Assembly: GCA_951406725.2 (NCBI GenBank)
Contig: OX597824.1
Location: forward strand, 57,722,001 to 57,786,000
Direction: 5' to 3'
From: Octopus vulgaris
Taxonomy: Eukaryota
DNA length: 64,000 nt
The notes beneath the pieces were generated by a model. The model was not told the DNA's origin, searched no databases, and saw nothing but the letters and a program-made list of their open reading frames with translations. Positions 14,366 through 26,569 of this stretch are shown piece by piece (position 1 is the stretch's first letter; each line of letters begins with the position of its first letter). A program made the translations under genes and the position numbers.

Positions 14366-15092
14366 AATGCGCTGATGCAGTACCAGGCACTGGGTCTCGT
14401 GGTTTTAGATCTTCACTGATTGGACGTATTATATACATGTTTTATCTCTCTATATATAAACGGCAGTTTGTCTGTGCGTGTTTCTGTGTATCTGTTTGCT
14501 TGTACCCTCACCCTGACCACGGCTTTCAACCGATTCTGATGAAACTTGACACACACATAGCCCAATGTCATAATTCAAAACTAACGCAACGAAAATTTTG
14601 AAAAGTTCCCCCAGTTCTGAAAAAAATCGATAAATTCGACATGGGGTCGAGAATCAGAAACACAAACCGCAAACTGTCTAGGGGACGCAACTCCACCTTT
14701 TTTAACTAAAAAAAAATTTACCATTATTTTTTTCCATTTTTTTGCTATTTTTTGGCTATAACTCGCTAAAAATGCTTTATAGTTATTTCCCTTACAAACC
14801 TGAGCAACGCCGGGCGATACTGCTAGTCTTGTTATAAAAGACAGACTACAGCAAATATTCTACTCAATACCACAGATTTATCAGTTGTTTGACCATAACA
14901 ATTTGAGCATATCCCTTAGCGGCTGTCGATCTGTGCAGCTTTGATCACGAGGAGAAGTAGTTGGGGAGCATCATAGCCATATGTTGAGAGCAATGCATTG
15001 GGGTTTTAATAATTCACCTCTAGAAATGAGAGTGTTTCGTTCAACATCCTTAAACAAACCTTATTCAGGGAACTTTGAGCGGGATAGGCTAC
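14365..15092 (+). mobile_element. (AAT)n-associated retroelement family, interrupted by a Helitron
   Basis: 14850-15092 aligns to the reverse complement of 10520-10765; starts directly after (AAT)n. Confidence 0.75.
14445..14826 (+). mobile_element. Non-autonomous Helitron
   Basis: 5' TC, subterminal GC hairpin (cctg-agcaacgc-cggg), 3' CTAG, inserted between A14444 and T14827, no TSD. Confidence 0.85.
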
Positions 15093-15125
15093 TTATGTAT
15101 GTATGTATATATATATATACATATA

Positions 15126-15219
<94 letters not shown>

Positions 15220-15226
15220 CATATAT

Positions 15227-15275
<49 letters not shown>

Positions 15276-15342
15276 ATATATATATGTATATATATATATA
15301 CATGTGTGTATATATATATATGTATATATATATATACATGTG

Positions 15343-15374
<32 letters not shown>

Positions 15375-15380
15375 CATGTG

Positions 15381-15412
<32 letters not shown>

Positions 15413-15896
15413 CATGTGTATATATATATATACATGTGTATATATATATATATATATATATTCATTTGTTTATTTATATCTATTTATTTACTTGTTTATT
15501 TGCTTATTTCATTTGTTTATTTTGATTACTTATACATATGATTGCAATCAGTTAATGAACGGCTACATGCTGATGTTTGTCGATTGATTATCTTCTCCAT
15601 TTTCTTAGTTGCCTAATAAATTGTGGGTAAATTTCTGTTTTACCCTCACTCATGCCTAGTATTCAATTGCGATATTGCCCTGCAATAGTAAGCACTTAGA
15701 TATATATACGTAGGTATACATGCAGTAGTATATTGGATATTTATTATCCCTTAGATGATTGCGTAACCTCTAACTCATACAGACAGACACACGCACGCAC
15801 GTACGCGCGCGTGCACACACACACTCATATGTATATGTATATATTCATAGATAATTTTGCAAACCAGATTCAGAAACGAAGTATATTATATATATA

Positions 15897-15993
<97 letters not shown>

Positions 15994-16046
15994 ATATATA
16001 CATATACATTCATATATATATATATATACCTACATACATACATACA

Positions 16047-16104
<58 letters not shown>

Positions 16105-16109
<5 letters not shown>

Positions 16110-16605
16110 TTAAGGGTTTAGCAACAAGTTGCTTCACCACATACCGAAAATTTAGAAATAACACCCAAAAGACAGTTAATTCTTTTAACTACAAATATGA
16201 CCCCACAGACAACAATATTTGTAACTCACATAGGCAAAAAGAGCAAAAAATAACGAAATCAAACAGACTACGATTAATTATGGACTTAAATTAATTTCTG
16301 GATTAAAATTATAAAAATTAATTTCGGCATAATATTTCGAGAATTATAAATTTGAAAAAGCTAAAAACCTACCCTTTGCATCAAGGTAGTCAACATTTCC
16401 AAACTTATATAGACGAGTAATTTCACATTTTCCCTCCAAGATTACCATGTGCGTCACAAGATAGTTCCGCAGAAAAAAAACTGCAGTTTGCCATTAGGGA
16501 GTGAAATTATCATTACAGATATGGGGTAAAGAATTATAAATTTAATAATTAATAAATTTTACCAAGTAGTCTCGGTAAGGAAAAAAACCATTATCGGTAA
16601 AAACT
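16105..16605 (+). mobile_element. Unclassified AT-rich interspersed repeat, family C (second copy 47266-47755)
   Basis: Shared agggtttagcaa...ttgcttcaccacataccgaaa...ttagaaata and cgcagaaa...ctgcagttt; both copies start next to TA-rich tracts. Confidence 0.75.
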
Positions 16606-17540
16606 TGTACAAAAAGTTTTTTATATATAATTATAATTATATAAAAATAATTATATAATTATAGCGCAACAATCATTTCGGCTGCCTTCTGCACTGTTCT
16701 GTATTGGGTAGGGAATTCCATAGTGCAAGCCGCGGCAGATGACGTCATAGGCTTCAAAAGTTATAAGATTTACATTTCACTCCAAACTACATGCTGGTGG
16801 TATTATGGTGTGTTGCTAGTAATTCACACACATTGATGAAGTAAAGATACTTGTGGTCTGTATACCGTAAGTGGCTGATAAGAAATACAAAGAATATAAT
16901 GTAAAGGAGCGGGAAGTGTTAATGAAACTATACTGAACGGCCCTAAAGCGTGTGCAGACCTTTGATGGCTAGTTGTGACAGTCAAGCGTTACGGCGTGGT
17001 CAAGAATTTCGTGGGAGTGTGATTCCCGGTTGCTCAATTGCCCTGTGGCCCGTATTAATATGGGGACATACACTGATTCACACCTACTCCTATATAGACA
17101 TATACAAGTATACACGCATATAGATACGCACATATGCACGCATTTTTACGTACTTGTGCCATTCAGCGTATGTAGATAGACGCATCCATCTATTTATACA
17201 TATATACCAGCACGCACGCACGCACACACATACACACACACATACATATGTTCGCGTGCGCATGTATATATATCCATACATGCCTCCCACACACACGCAC
17301 GCACGCACGTACGCCCCCCCACACACACACATACACATTTTGGCACACATCACACATCCTGTTAAACAAAGTATAAATAAAAAGTAGATGCATATTTCAC
17401 GTTTCGTGCTTAAGTTCGTCTTCAGAAAGTTAGAAAAGGAAAAGTGGAGAAATGAATAAGCGAGAGTTACTGAAATATGCATACATGTGTATCTATCTAG
17501 AATGTATATATATGTGTCTTTGTGTCCGTGTATGTATGTG

Positions 17541-17600
<60 letters not shown>

Positions 17601-18489
17601 TGTGTACCCAATATATATATATGGTTGAAGAGAGATGATAAACAATTGGTAGAAGAATATTTAGCAAAACTTATATACCAGTTGATCTAGCAAGCGCGGC
17701 TTCATTTCCGTGAAGAGAAGGCCCCCGAAACGGCGCGCATTCTCTCCTGATGATCCTATATGTTTGCTAGTATCCGGTATACAGAGCTTTCAACTGGTGG
17801 CACTTGCATCTGCGAGTAGTTTGCAATATATGTGTGTGTGTGTATTTGTGTGTGCGCGCGCGTGCGTTCATAGTTGTGTGTGTATCTGTCTGTGTAAAAT
17901 GCTGGAGTGCATGTGAATTACATACGGAATACAAGAATGTGTGGAAGAGCGAGAGTGAGTGCGAGTTTATTAGTGTGAAAAAGTGCATCATTCTGTATTT
18001 AAGGAATTAGGTGACAGTTAGCTAACGTTACTCCCTGGGGAATTTAGAAGCAAATTATCTGGGACAGCCGCACATCCGGTACCACTACATTGCAAACACT
18101 GTCAACTCTTCAATCAGAAGTTGATCTTATAATTTTACACTACAAAATGTTTCTCTTTCCTCTATAAACTATAACTCTATCTCTGTCATTCACAAATATA
18201 TTTCTTCTCTCATTTGTGGTTCATACAAAAATTTTCTGTTTTTTTTCTCTATTGTTCCTCATTTATTATTTATCTATAGTTATGTTTTTTGTGCTTGTTT
18301 TGATTGTTGGTTATTTTATTCTGTTTCATTTGGTACAATTTCAAAAAATATGATCTCATTTTAACTGGTCTCCGGTTGAGGTTATATTCATATATGAAAT
18401 GTGTGGTATGGTTCAATTAGACGATAAAATACTAACAACTACAATGAACATATTATATTCAGAAACCAATATAATACACACACACAAAC

Positions 18490-18531
<42 letters not shown>

Positions 18532-18790
18532 TCGCTCACATGCAAATAGACACATACACATATTTGCATGTTTATTTTGAAATCAATATTATGAAAGGAA
18601 TAAATTATTTTGAATGTTTCTGAAAGCAATACAAAAACCACAAATATTATACTGTGAAGTTAAAACAATATTAAATGTTGGAACTCATTGAAATATATTT
18701 GGAGTTAGTAAGCAGTCGACTGGCATACTAGAAATAGCAGCTCAATTTCCATAAAATCACACTCCTCTCTCGTAGAACTAAAATCATACA

Positions 18791-18843
<53 letters not shown>

Positions 18844-19779
18844 CACACATGCATACACACAAACACACACATATACGCGTAATGGTGTTATTGGAATCTA
18901 ATCATAGAACTATTCGATCATAGCTGACCTGGGGCTAAACATCAGGAATATATCTGATTTATAACCAAATAAAACTAAATATTTTAAATATAATAATGAG
19001 CAAGGGAGGTATTCAGCTCCTGTTGAACTTAATCTTCAAGCTTGGTTAATTTTGCTCTCCCCTACTATGCCAATGGCCAGAAGTAGTGTATAAGTTACCA
19101 ACGTGATTTTACCTTCCTCATTATTTCAACTTAAATAATACTGCACGAGAATTTTTTTCTTTTTCTTTTTTTTTTTGTCAATAAGTGTTAATTCCTATTT
19201 ATTTCTATCTAGAAATCAAAAGGAATGACTCCTATTTCCTTCAAACTTAGCTTTTCCGGTTTGGACATACATATTTTGGAAACTGACCTATTTTCCAGAA
19301 CATTTCATATAGATTCAACAGTTGAGATTTGCTCAAGCAGAAATATCGTTCTAGCAAATATTTGGCTCAATATCACAGATTTGCTTGTTATAGTAGCTTG
19401 ACCTTAACCACTTGAGCATATCTCTTAGTGGTTGACAATATGTGCTTTACTGATCATGGGCATTTGGGGAACATCATAGCCATGTGTTGAAAAGGTTTGA
19501 ATAAATGTAATAAAAGCAAAATTTGAAGGAAATATTAGCTATTTTTCATACTTTCTAAGGGTAAGCAAATAGGAAATTACAGTTGCCACTCAAGGACAAA
19601 AATTGCGTTACACAATGTAATCTACCCTAATTACTCTAGTGTTTCCTCCATTTCCGCATGCATTATCCGCTAAATTTCCTTTCATCGTTTTACATAATGC
19701 AGTTCTATATTTGAGAGATAAGGAATTATGTACATTATTTACAATTTGACGGATATTTGTCCTCATCTTGTTTGTTGAT

Positions 19780-19825
19780 AACACAACGTTTCGGTTGACA
19801 TACGCTCCAGCCTTCTTCAGATGTC
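19780..19825 (-). ncRNA. Minimal type I hammerhead ribozyme in the PLE terminal repeat
   Basis: gacat-CTGAAGA-a-ggctg...caacc-GAAA-cg-TT-gtgtt; the mirror copy at 20391-20436 (+) has a mutated core CTGAAAA. Confidence 0.72.
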
Positions 19826-20001
19826 CTGGGAAATTTTTGAACTTGGGTTCTCATTCCTAAGGTATTTTTCGATGTTATTATTATTATTATTATTATTCAG
19901 GTCACTGCCTGGTATCGAACTCGGAATCTTTGGGTTAGTAGCCCGCGCTCTTAACCAATACGCCATATGCTCGAGGGCAGCTATGGAGTGAATTTTAGGG
20001 C

Positions 20002-20204
20002 TTATAAATCTAATATTTTTCTACCCTTCCTTAATACCGGTTCCCATATGCTACTCATATCTGCACTAGGTCTGTTTAGGAGGTTATTATGTTGTAGCAT
20101 ATGTGCTACTTCTTTTAGTTTTCGTGTTTTTCACTGGTGTTCTCTGTCGGTTATTTTAACTTCATCCCTTCGAGGGAGGTGGTTTCCATACATGATTAGC
20201 TATA
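20002..20204 (-). pseudogene. Penelope-type GIY-YIG endonuclease C-terminal remnant
   Basis: Hand translation SIANHVW/(frameshift)GNHLPRRDEVKITDREHQ*KTRKLKEVAHMLQHNNLLNRPSADMSSIWEPVLRKGRKILDL*, matching the PLE pattern S-x-A-x-H...V-K-I-x-D-x-E...R-x-x-K-E...LNR...S-x-I-W. Not in the ORF track. Confidence 0.8.
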
Positions 20205-20232
20205 CTCTAAAATTCATTCCATAATTGCCTAC

Positions 20233-20305
20233 GGGCATATGGCGTAGTGGTTAAGAGCGCGGGCTACTAACTCCGAGATTCCGAATTCAATTCCAGGCAG
20301 TGACC
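20233..20305 (+). promoter_or_regulatory. tRNA-derived module with Pol III A and B boxes (mirror copy about 19898-19972, minus)
   Basis: A box TGGCGTAGTGG, D-loop GGTTAAG, anticodon-like arm ggg-CTACTAA-ccc, B box GAGTTCGATACC in the minus copy. The acceptor stem does not close, so it is not a functional tRNA. Confidence 0.75.
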
Positions 20306-22040
20306 TGAATACTATTAATAATAATAATAATAATGATAATAACATCGACAATTCCTCAGAAATGAGAACCCAGATTCGAAATTTCCCCAGTATATCTGAA
20401 AAATGCTGAAGAGTATATCAGCCGAAACGTTGTGTTAACATCAAACAAGATGAGGACAAATATCCGTCAAATGTAAATAATGTATCGTTTTGCATGTCTG
20501 GGATTGATCTTATCTTTAACTACAGTTTTGCCTATATAAGCTTTAACGTTTTATCCCAAGATAAATCACCAATTTATGTTGAGATTAGAACCGCAGATCT
20601 TGACAATTACATAAGAATTGTCCATGTGTCATATTAATTTTGAAGAAAGCTTTTTATTCCTAATACTGAACCCAAACAACTATTCGATGAGATAGTAAAA
20701 TTGATATTGGTTTTCGAACCTGTGTACTGTCAGATTGGAAATCTCAAATACATTTGAGATTTCGTATTCCCAGAATATTCCCACTAACTTAACATTATTT
20801 ATTTATCCTAGAGTTACTAATTTATTTATTCATTTGTTTTCCCCTGATCCCCTCGATGGTTTACAGCTTGACAAAAGAGCGATGCTCTGTAGGTTTCGAA
20901 CCTGTTTGCTGTCAGGTTAAAAGCTATATAAGTCGTTGTGTTTCAATGTCTGATACAATAAATATATGAGCAAAAGCTCAGCCGAGTTATTAAGTTTGTT
21001 ATTTAATTTGATACTGATCCCATTCGTAGAATATATTCTTTCACTCTTTCTTTCTGTCGCTCACACGCACACACACAAACACAAACACACACACAGAACA
21101 ACCAGCCAGAGATTCAGAACATGTTTACAGCTATTATCACGTTCGAGATATTTACCCGGGCGCTGGGTCGGCGGCCGGCCATCATCGTCAATGACATTAA
21201 TATAATTGCTTCTTGCAAAAGACTGAAATCTGAAACTTTTCAAAGGTGGTGGGGAATGGTGGTGAAAGGGGAAGGAGAGAATAGTAACATGTGATGGTTT
21301 TTACTTCATCCTGGGGCAGGAGCTAAGGGAAATAACTCCAATCCGGTATGAAAAAACCGAGTTACGATTGCAATTGCTCTGGAACCTTGAAATTATGGCG
21401 GAGGTCGATTTCAATGTGATTGATTTTCACCATTGTCTGTACATGGTCTCGGCTTTAAGGAGATTGTGTGATGTTTATTCATTTCTCGATGGTGTGCGTG
21501 ATGGACAAATAGCTGAAAATACGAAAGGAAACTGAAATACGATCTCACTTCATCTGGTGGTCCACCTCTAGAGCATGGCGCTCGCCACGAAACACTTATA
21601 TCAGAGCTAATGCCTCTTTTCTGTTGTAACTTAAAGCAGAGATCTTGACCTAATTCATTGATACTTTAGCTGAAATAAATAAAAAAAAAACGATAATAAT
21701 AATGATAAAAATAATAATAACGATAATAATAGAAGAGAAATAACTAGGGAGAAAGTTACAAATAACCCAAGTTAGATCCTGCTCCTTGAAACCGTGAACA
21801 AGGAAAGTTTTCTCCGACGGTGACACATCTCAATCATTAGATTCTTACATAGCACCACAATTTCCAGATTAAAATAGACTTGGTCATCTGTACAGGACGG
21901 TCTGTCGTCAGAAAATCACGCTTCAAGAAATCTGATATAGCTTTACAAAGAACAACAATTTCACTTGGTAAAAAACGTTTGGAAAGAAATCACGACCAAC
22001 ACTTTTACTTTGCCAGTCCGATACAGAAGGTTATAAGTAA

Positions 22041-22101
<61 letters not shown>

Positions 22102-22215
22102 CATATATATATATCTATCTATATATATATATATATGCACATACACACGTGCGTGCATACACAAACACACCCACACACCCACACACACTTACGAACATAC
22201 ATACATACATACATA

Positions 22216-23129
22216 CAGGGTGTTCGGGATAAATTTGACGATTTTTTTTGTCTTTTGTCTTTATTTTCAGGAACAGCTTGATGCATTGGTGAACAGTCAA
22301 CGGTGTTGGAAAGCATAAATATGGAAGTTGTAGTTGACTAAAAGTTAGCTGATATAGAAGACTAGAAGCCATTTTGAATATTAGAAAACAGTTAGTTGTA
22401 TTATGATGATTCGCTCCCGGTATCAAAATACCGAGATCATGACTGCTGCTCAACGCTCTGTGAATAATATAAAGGCTCTAAGACGTGGCATGGGCAGCTG
22501 CAACGGAAACTACGAAGCTGTGGCCAACAGGAAGGGGCAGGGCAAGGTAGGCGTTCTGACAAGGTAGGCGTTCTGACAAGGTAGGCGTTCTGACAAGGTA
22601 GGCGCCGAAGTACATTCTCTTAGGCTCAATTCGCACGGTTATGTGAAGCTGCTGGGGACTGTGGTCTAACTCTGACTGGCGAAGGTTGCCATTGTAAGGC
22701 CCTATGTGTGGATGCAGGATTCAGTTCCTTGTCATACCTCCGAAAAGAGTGAGAATAAGTTAGAGAATTTCTACGATCTCTTCAGCCCCAGTGTCTGGTT
22801 TTCTAACACCTGCAATTGTTATTCTATGGATTACTATGTGTGAGACACAATTCAGAAAAATCCCAACCGCTCTGCCTGCAATACCAAAGCCGAGCTGATA
22901 GCCAAAGTTAAGGTGATGTTCAAATATCTTCCAGGGAAACAAGGAGGAACGCATGTGCCAAGTTCCGGAGCCATCCTGAGGTCGTGATGGAAGCTTAGAG
23001 CAGCTACTTCTCTCTCAGCCATTATCTTGTTGACATTTTTTTAGTTTCTAAAATTCTTTTATTTTTGAATGAGTTATTGTGTTTTCCGTTCCTTTAATGC
23101 AAACTATAAAATTTAGACCGGATACCCTA
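22216..23129 (+). mobile_element. Decayed Tc1/mariner superfamily element (maT/DD37D-like C-terminus)
   Basis: TA-flanked imperfect TIRs cagggtgttcgg / ccggataccct; remnants SMDYYV, NRSACNTKAELIAKVK, CAKFRSHPEVVMEA. Confidence 0.65.
22543..22604 (+). repeat. 17-bp tandem repeat x3.6 (caaggtaggcgttctga)
   Basis: Perfect units with no spacers. Confidence 0.95.
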
Positions 23130-23135
23130 TATGTA

Positions 23136-23346
23136 CGAAGGTGTACTGAAAAGTCATTGGCATTAAGGGTTTCGCGAAAGGTCTAGTTGGAGGCCCAAAC
23201 TTCTCAGTTCTTTTATAGGCTTAGAAAATCTGGGACTGCTGCAATAAGTGTGTAAATCTGAGAGGGGAATATGTTGAATAAAATCATAATTAACTGATCC
23301 TTTGTATTTTCTTTTACCAAAGGCCGGGAACTTTTCAGCACCCCTC

Positions 23347-23347
<1 letters not shown>
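23136..23347 (+). mobile_element. mariner-derived MITE
   Basis: TA-cgaaggtgtactgaaaagt ... acttttcagcacccctcg-TA; keeps transposase end KCVNLRGEYVE*. Confidence 0.85.
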
Positions 23348-23379
<32 letters not shown>

Positions 23380-24424
23380 TGCATGCATGCATACATACAT
23401 ACATACATACATACATACATACATACATACATACATACAATATATATATATATATACAACAACAAACGGAGTGTGTTAGTTTAACGCTCACGAAAAATGG
23501 AAGAAGTATTTAACGGTTCGTTCCTACGCTTTTCCACAGATAGGATAGATGGGGAAAGAAAAAGAAAGAGAGTAAAATAATGAGTTTGAATGAAAAAGTC
23601 AAAACATGCTCTGTGTGTGCGTGTGTTTGCTTGTATGCACACGCACTTTTCTTGAAGAACATGGATTATCTCCCGCTATTGAGTAATTCCTTCTTAAAGA
23701 TATCTTCAATATCCAAGATGATTTATCATACTACTTTTACTAATGCTACTATCAAACAATCTACCGAAACCAAATTATTAACTCTGACGAACTGTTGTTG
23801 TTAATTACTTTCACACTTTGCTTTAACTTCCAATCAAGCACATTGCTACTATTTCTTACATTCCTTCAATCATATACTTTGCTGACAGGACACTGATCTA
23901 AGAATTGCACTCCCTAACAATTTCATTCTCAAGATTGAGAACTGCACGCAAAATATGGTTTTACACACTTGGAAACGTCAACACCTTTTCAAACATTTAG
24001 TCTCGAAAATGTGTCTCGCATAATTCTTAGAAATCCTGTCACCATTTTGCGACTTAATCTAACATGATATATTTCAGACATTAAAACTTTCGATTACTTC
24101 ACTATATATAAAATAGACGTACGTGTGTGTGTATGTGTGTGTGTAGGGGTAACTAGCATTAGAAACGGCAAATCGAAATGTTTCGTGCAGACAGCTTTTT
24201 CTCGGCAGACTGTACTGGTTATGATGAGTACAGTCGACCAGACGAAGCTGACTGTATGAAACCATTAGGATTAAGATCGTAATCCTGCTTATCACGCGTA
24301 TACACATATTCCACTCTACAAGACATGTGAGGTATTATGATCACAGATATAGAACATACATACTCACCTGACATATAATATACGTGCGCGCGCGTATGTG
24401 TGTATGTGTGAGTGTGTGTGAATA

Positions 24425-25168
24425 CAAGATGGTATCAAAAGGATCCCAGACTAGCTACGATTAATAAAAAAAAAAAGTCTTTTACCTAAGTTTTAACAGC
24501 ATCTCCTTTGAAGTCATCTTGCGCAGCATTACACCGGTCCCAGCATTCCTGCCACTTTTGGAATCCGGCCTGGAAGTCGTTTTCTGTAAGCGACTCGAGG
24601 TCCTTCTGTGATTCGCTCTGGCTCTCAACAACGGTGTTAAAACGGTGACCTTTGAGCTACATTTTCATCTTGGGGATGAAACTCACGAGTGAAAAGGTTA
24701 CAGGGTGCATTGTCGTCCTGAAGAACACAGTTCTTCGCGCTCCACATATCAAGTCGCTTTCGTCGAATGTCCTCCCTCAAAGGCTTCAAAATGTCGAAGT
24801 AGATTGACGTCGATGCACAGTATCACATTTCTGCGGGTGGAGCTCGTTGCAGGTCTTCCAGATCGCTCATCGTTTTCCGCTTTTGAAGCACCGTACATTG
24901 TGTACGACCCGTTATCTCATCACCGTAAGCTTACCGAAACATGCTCAATGTTTCTGTAGCAGACTTCCCAAGTTTAACGCAAAATCTCACGTTGGCATTT
25001 TGTTCCTGTTGCAGACAAAATCACAGACTACAGCATGCATATGATCACAAAAACACAAATTTCACAACTTTTGAAGTTAACACAGCGATGTCACTCGGCA
25101 CGTAACCGTGTGTTTTCATTTGATGGCGCGCTACACAATTAGTCCGGGAACATTTTGATATCACCTCG
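24425..25168 (-). mobile_element. Internally deleted mariner element
   Basis: TA-flanked TIRs (cgaggtgatatcaaaatgttcccggacta vs caagatggtatcaaaaggatcccagacta); minus-strand remnant LTENDFQAGFQKWQECWDRCNAAQ. Confidence 0.85.
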
Positions 25169-25173
25169 TATGC

Positions 25174-25216
<43 letters not shown>

Positions 25217-25303
25217 GGAGTAAACACATAAATGTGAAACAAGGTGGAAAAAAGAGTACTCAAATACCAGTGGTAGAGTAATATGCTTTATTTTAAGCAA
25301 AAA

Positions 25304-25341
25304 CTGTCTGATGAACGGCAACGAGAAACTCAGAGTAACAG
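25304..25341 (+). ncRNA. Minimal type I hammerhead ribozyme in a (TA)n-embedded element (about 25215-25380)
   Basis: ctgt-CTGATGA-a-cg(gcaa)cg-a-GAAA-ctcagag-TA-acag; flanked by a 19-bp inverted repeat (25281-25299 / 25361-25379). Confidence 0.72.
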
Positions 25342-25374
25342 ATTTTGTTGAATTTTCTGCTGCTTAAAATAAAG

Positions 25375-25417
<43 letters not shown>

Positions 25418-25964
25418 AAGAAGAAAGAGAGACAGACTTACAGACAGAGGGAGCACACACATATGTCTCTCTGAGCAATTTATTTTTAAGGTGAGAATTT
25501 TAGATGTAGAAAATGAAGCAACAGCCAGAAGAATCATACTTGTAGATATTTCTAACTTAATGTCGCGTATTTGTGAATATTCCCCCAAAATATTTTAATA
25601 AATTTGTCAGAAAGAGAAGATTAGGAACACTGTCTATGGCATCTACAGACTTCTTCTTTGAAAAGCTATTGCTGGTGACACTGCTGTCCAGGCTAAGCCT
25701 GTGCATGTCACTTCAAGAAAACTATGACCAGGGAACGAACCAGAGATCTGATTAGAATACTTGTACATAGAGAAACGGAGGCTTTACCGATGATACTGTG
25801 TCACTGTACTTCTGGCTGGGAGCTTATCTCTTGTATTAATTTGCTTGTCCATTGAATTTTTTATTCCAAAAAGTGAAGGAAAGTAGATTCCAAAACGACA
25901 CTTCAAATTTCTTGTCTTCCTCATATAATATCTTTCCGCTCTTATATTACTTCTATTACATTTT

Positions 25965-26095
25965 TATGAGTTCCAATTCTGACGAATTCGACGTTGCCTT
26001 TCATTCTTTCGGTGTCGATAAAATGAATACCAGTCAAGTACTGGGGTCGACATCAACGACTTCCCCTTCCCCTCAAAAACTGCTAGTCCTGTGGT
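25965..26095 (+). mobile_element. SINE family 2 fragment
   Basis: ttgcctttcattctttcggtgtcgataaaa...tggggtcga domain shared with 29418-29628 and 54688-54867. Confidence 0.75.
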
Positions 26096-26569
26096 AAAAA
26101 AAATGAAGCCGTTATTTCTAATGCTTTTTAGGGAGAGAGAACATCGGATGCTACTTTGGTATGCCATCTATGTGTCAAGCAACGCTTTGATATGCGATCT
26201 ACACTTTATATTGTGATCTACAAGAAAAGTTATACTTAACAAGATAAAATTAGTAAACTTATTTCAAATTTGCTTCGTTTTAATTTCTTTTCGATAATAA
26301 ATGTATAAAACGTATAAAAATTTCAATTCTCTACTTTTTACATTTCTAGCTGATGTTCGTTCGATTCGCCCATAAAATTAGTAAACTTGTTTCAAATCTG
26401 CTTCATTTAATTTTTTTTAAATAAATGTATGAAAATGTGAGAATGTTTTATTTAAACCACAATAAATAAATGAAACATGTAAATCGCGAACTAAAGTAGA
26501 ATTTGACTCTTGTGGATCACATTTCGCATACCAAAGTAGCACCGAACGTCGCAGGTGTTATTCATCGAA

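Larger units (their letters stand above)
19696..20484 (-). mobile_element. Penelope-like element 3' fragment: GIY-YIG C-terminus, tRNA/hammerhead terminal repeat and inverted copy of that repeat
   Basis: Inverted arms 19731-20000 and 20205-20484; coding remnant between them; candidate TSD atcgtttt(a/g)cat at 19684-19695 and 20484-20495. Confidence 0.85.

Noticed and set aside
16711-16747. NF-kB-like GGGAATTCC and perfect CRE TGACGTCA close together
   Set aside because: Short motifs expected by chance in 64 kb; no linked gene.
17709-17755. GTGAAGA...GAAA and CTGATGA hammerhead-like words
   Set aside because: No consistent stems I-III could be drawn.
20233-20305. Functional tRNA gene
   Set aside because: Acceptor stem does not pair, the two copies are diverged, and it lies inside a mobile element.
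22543-22604. Direct repeats resembling a CRISPR array
   Set aside because: Contiguous 17-bp tandem units with no spacers, inside a decayed transposon in eukaryotic DNA.
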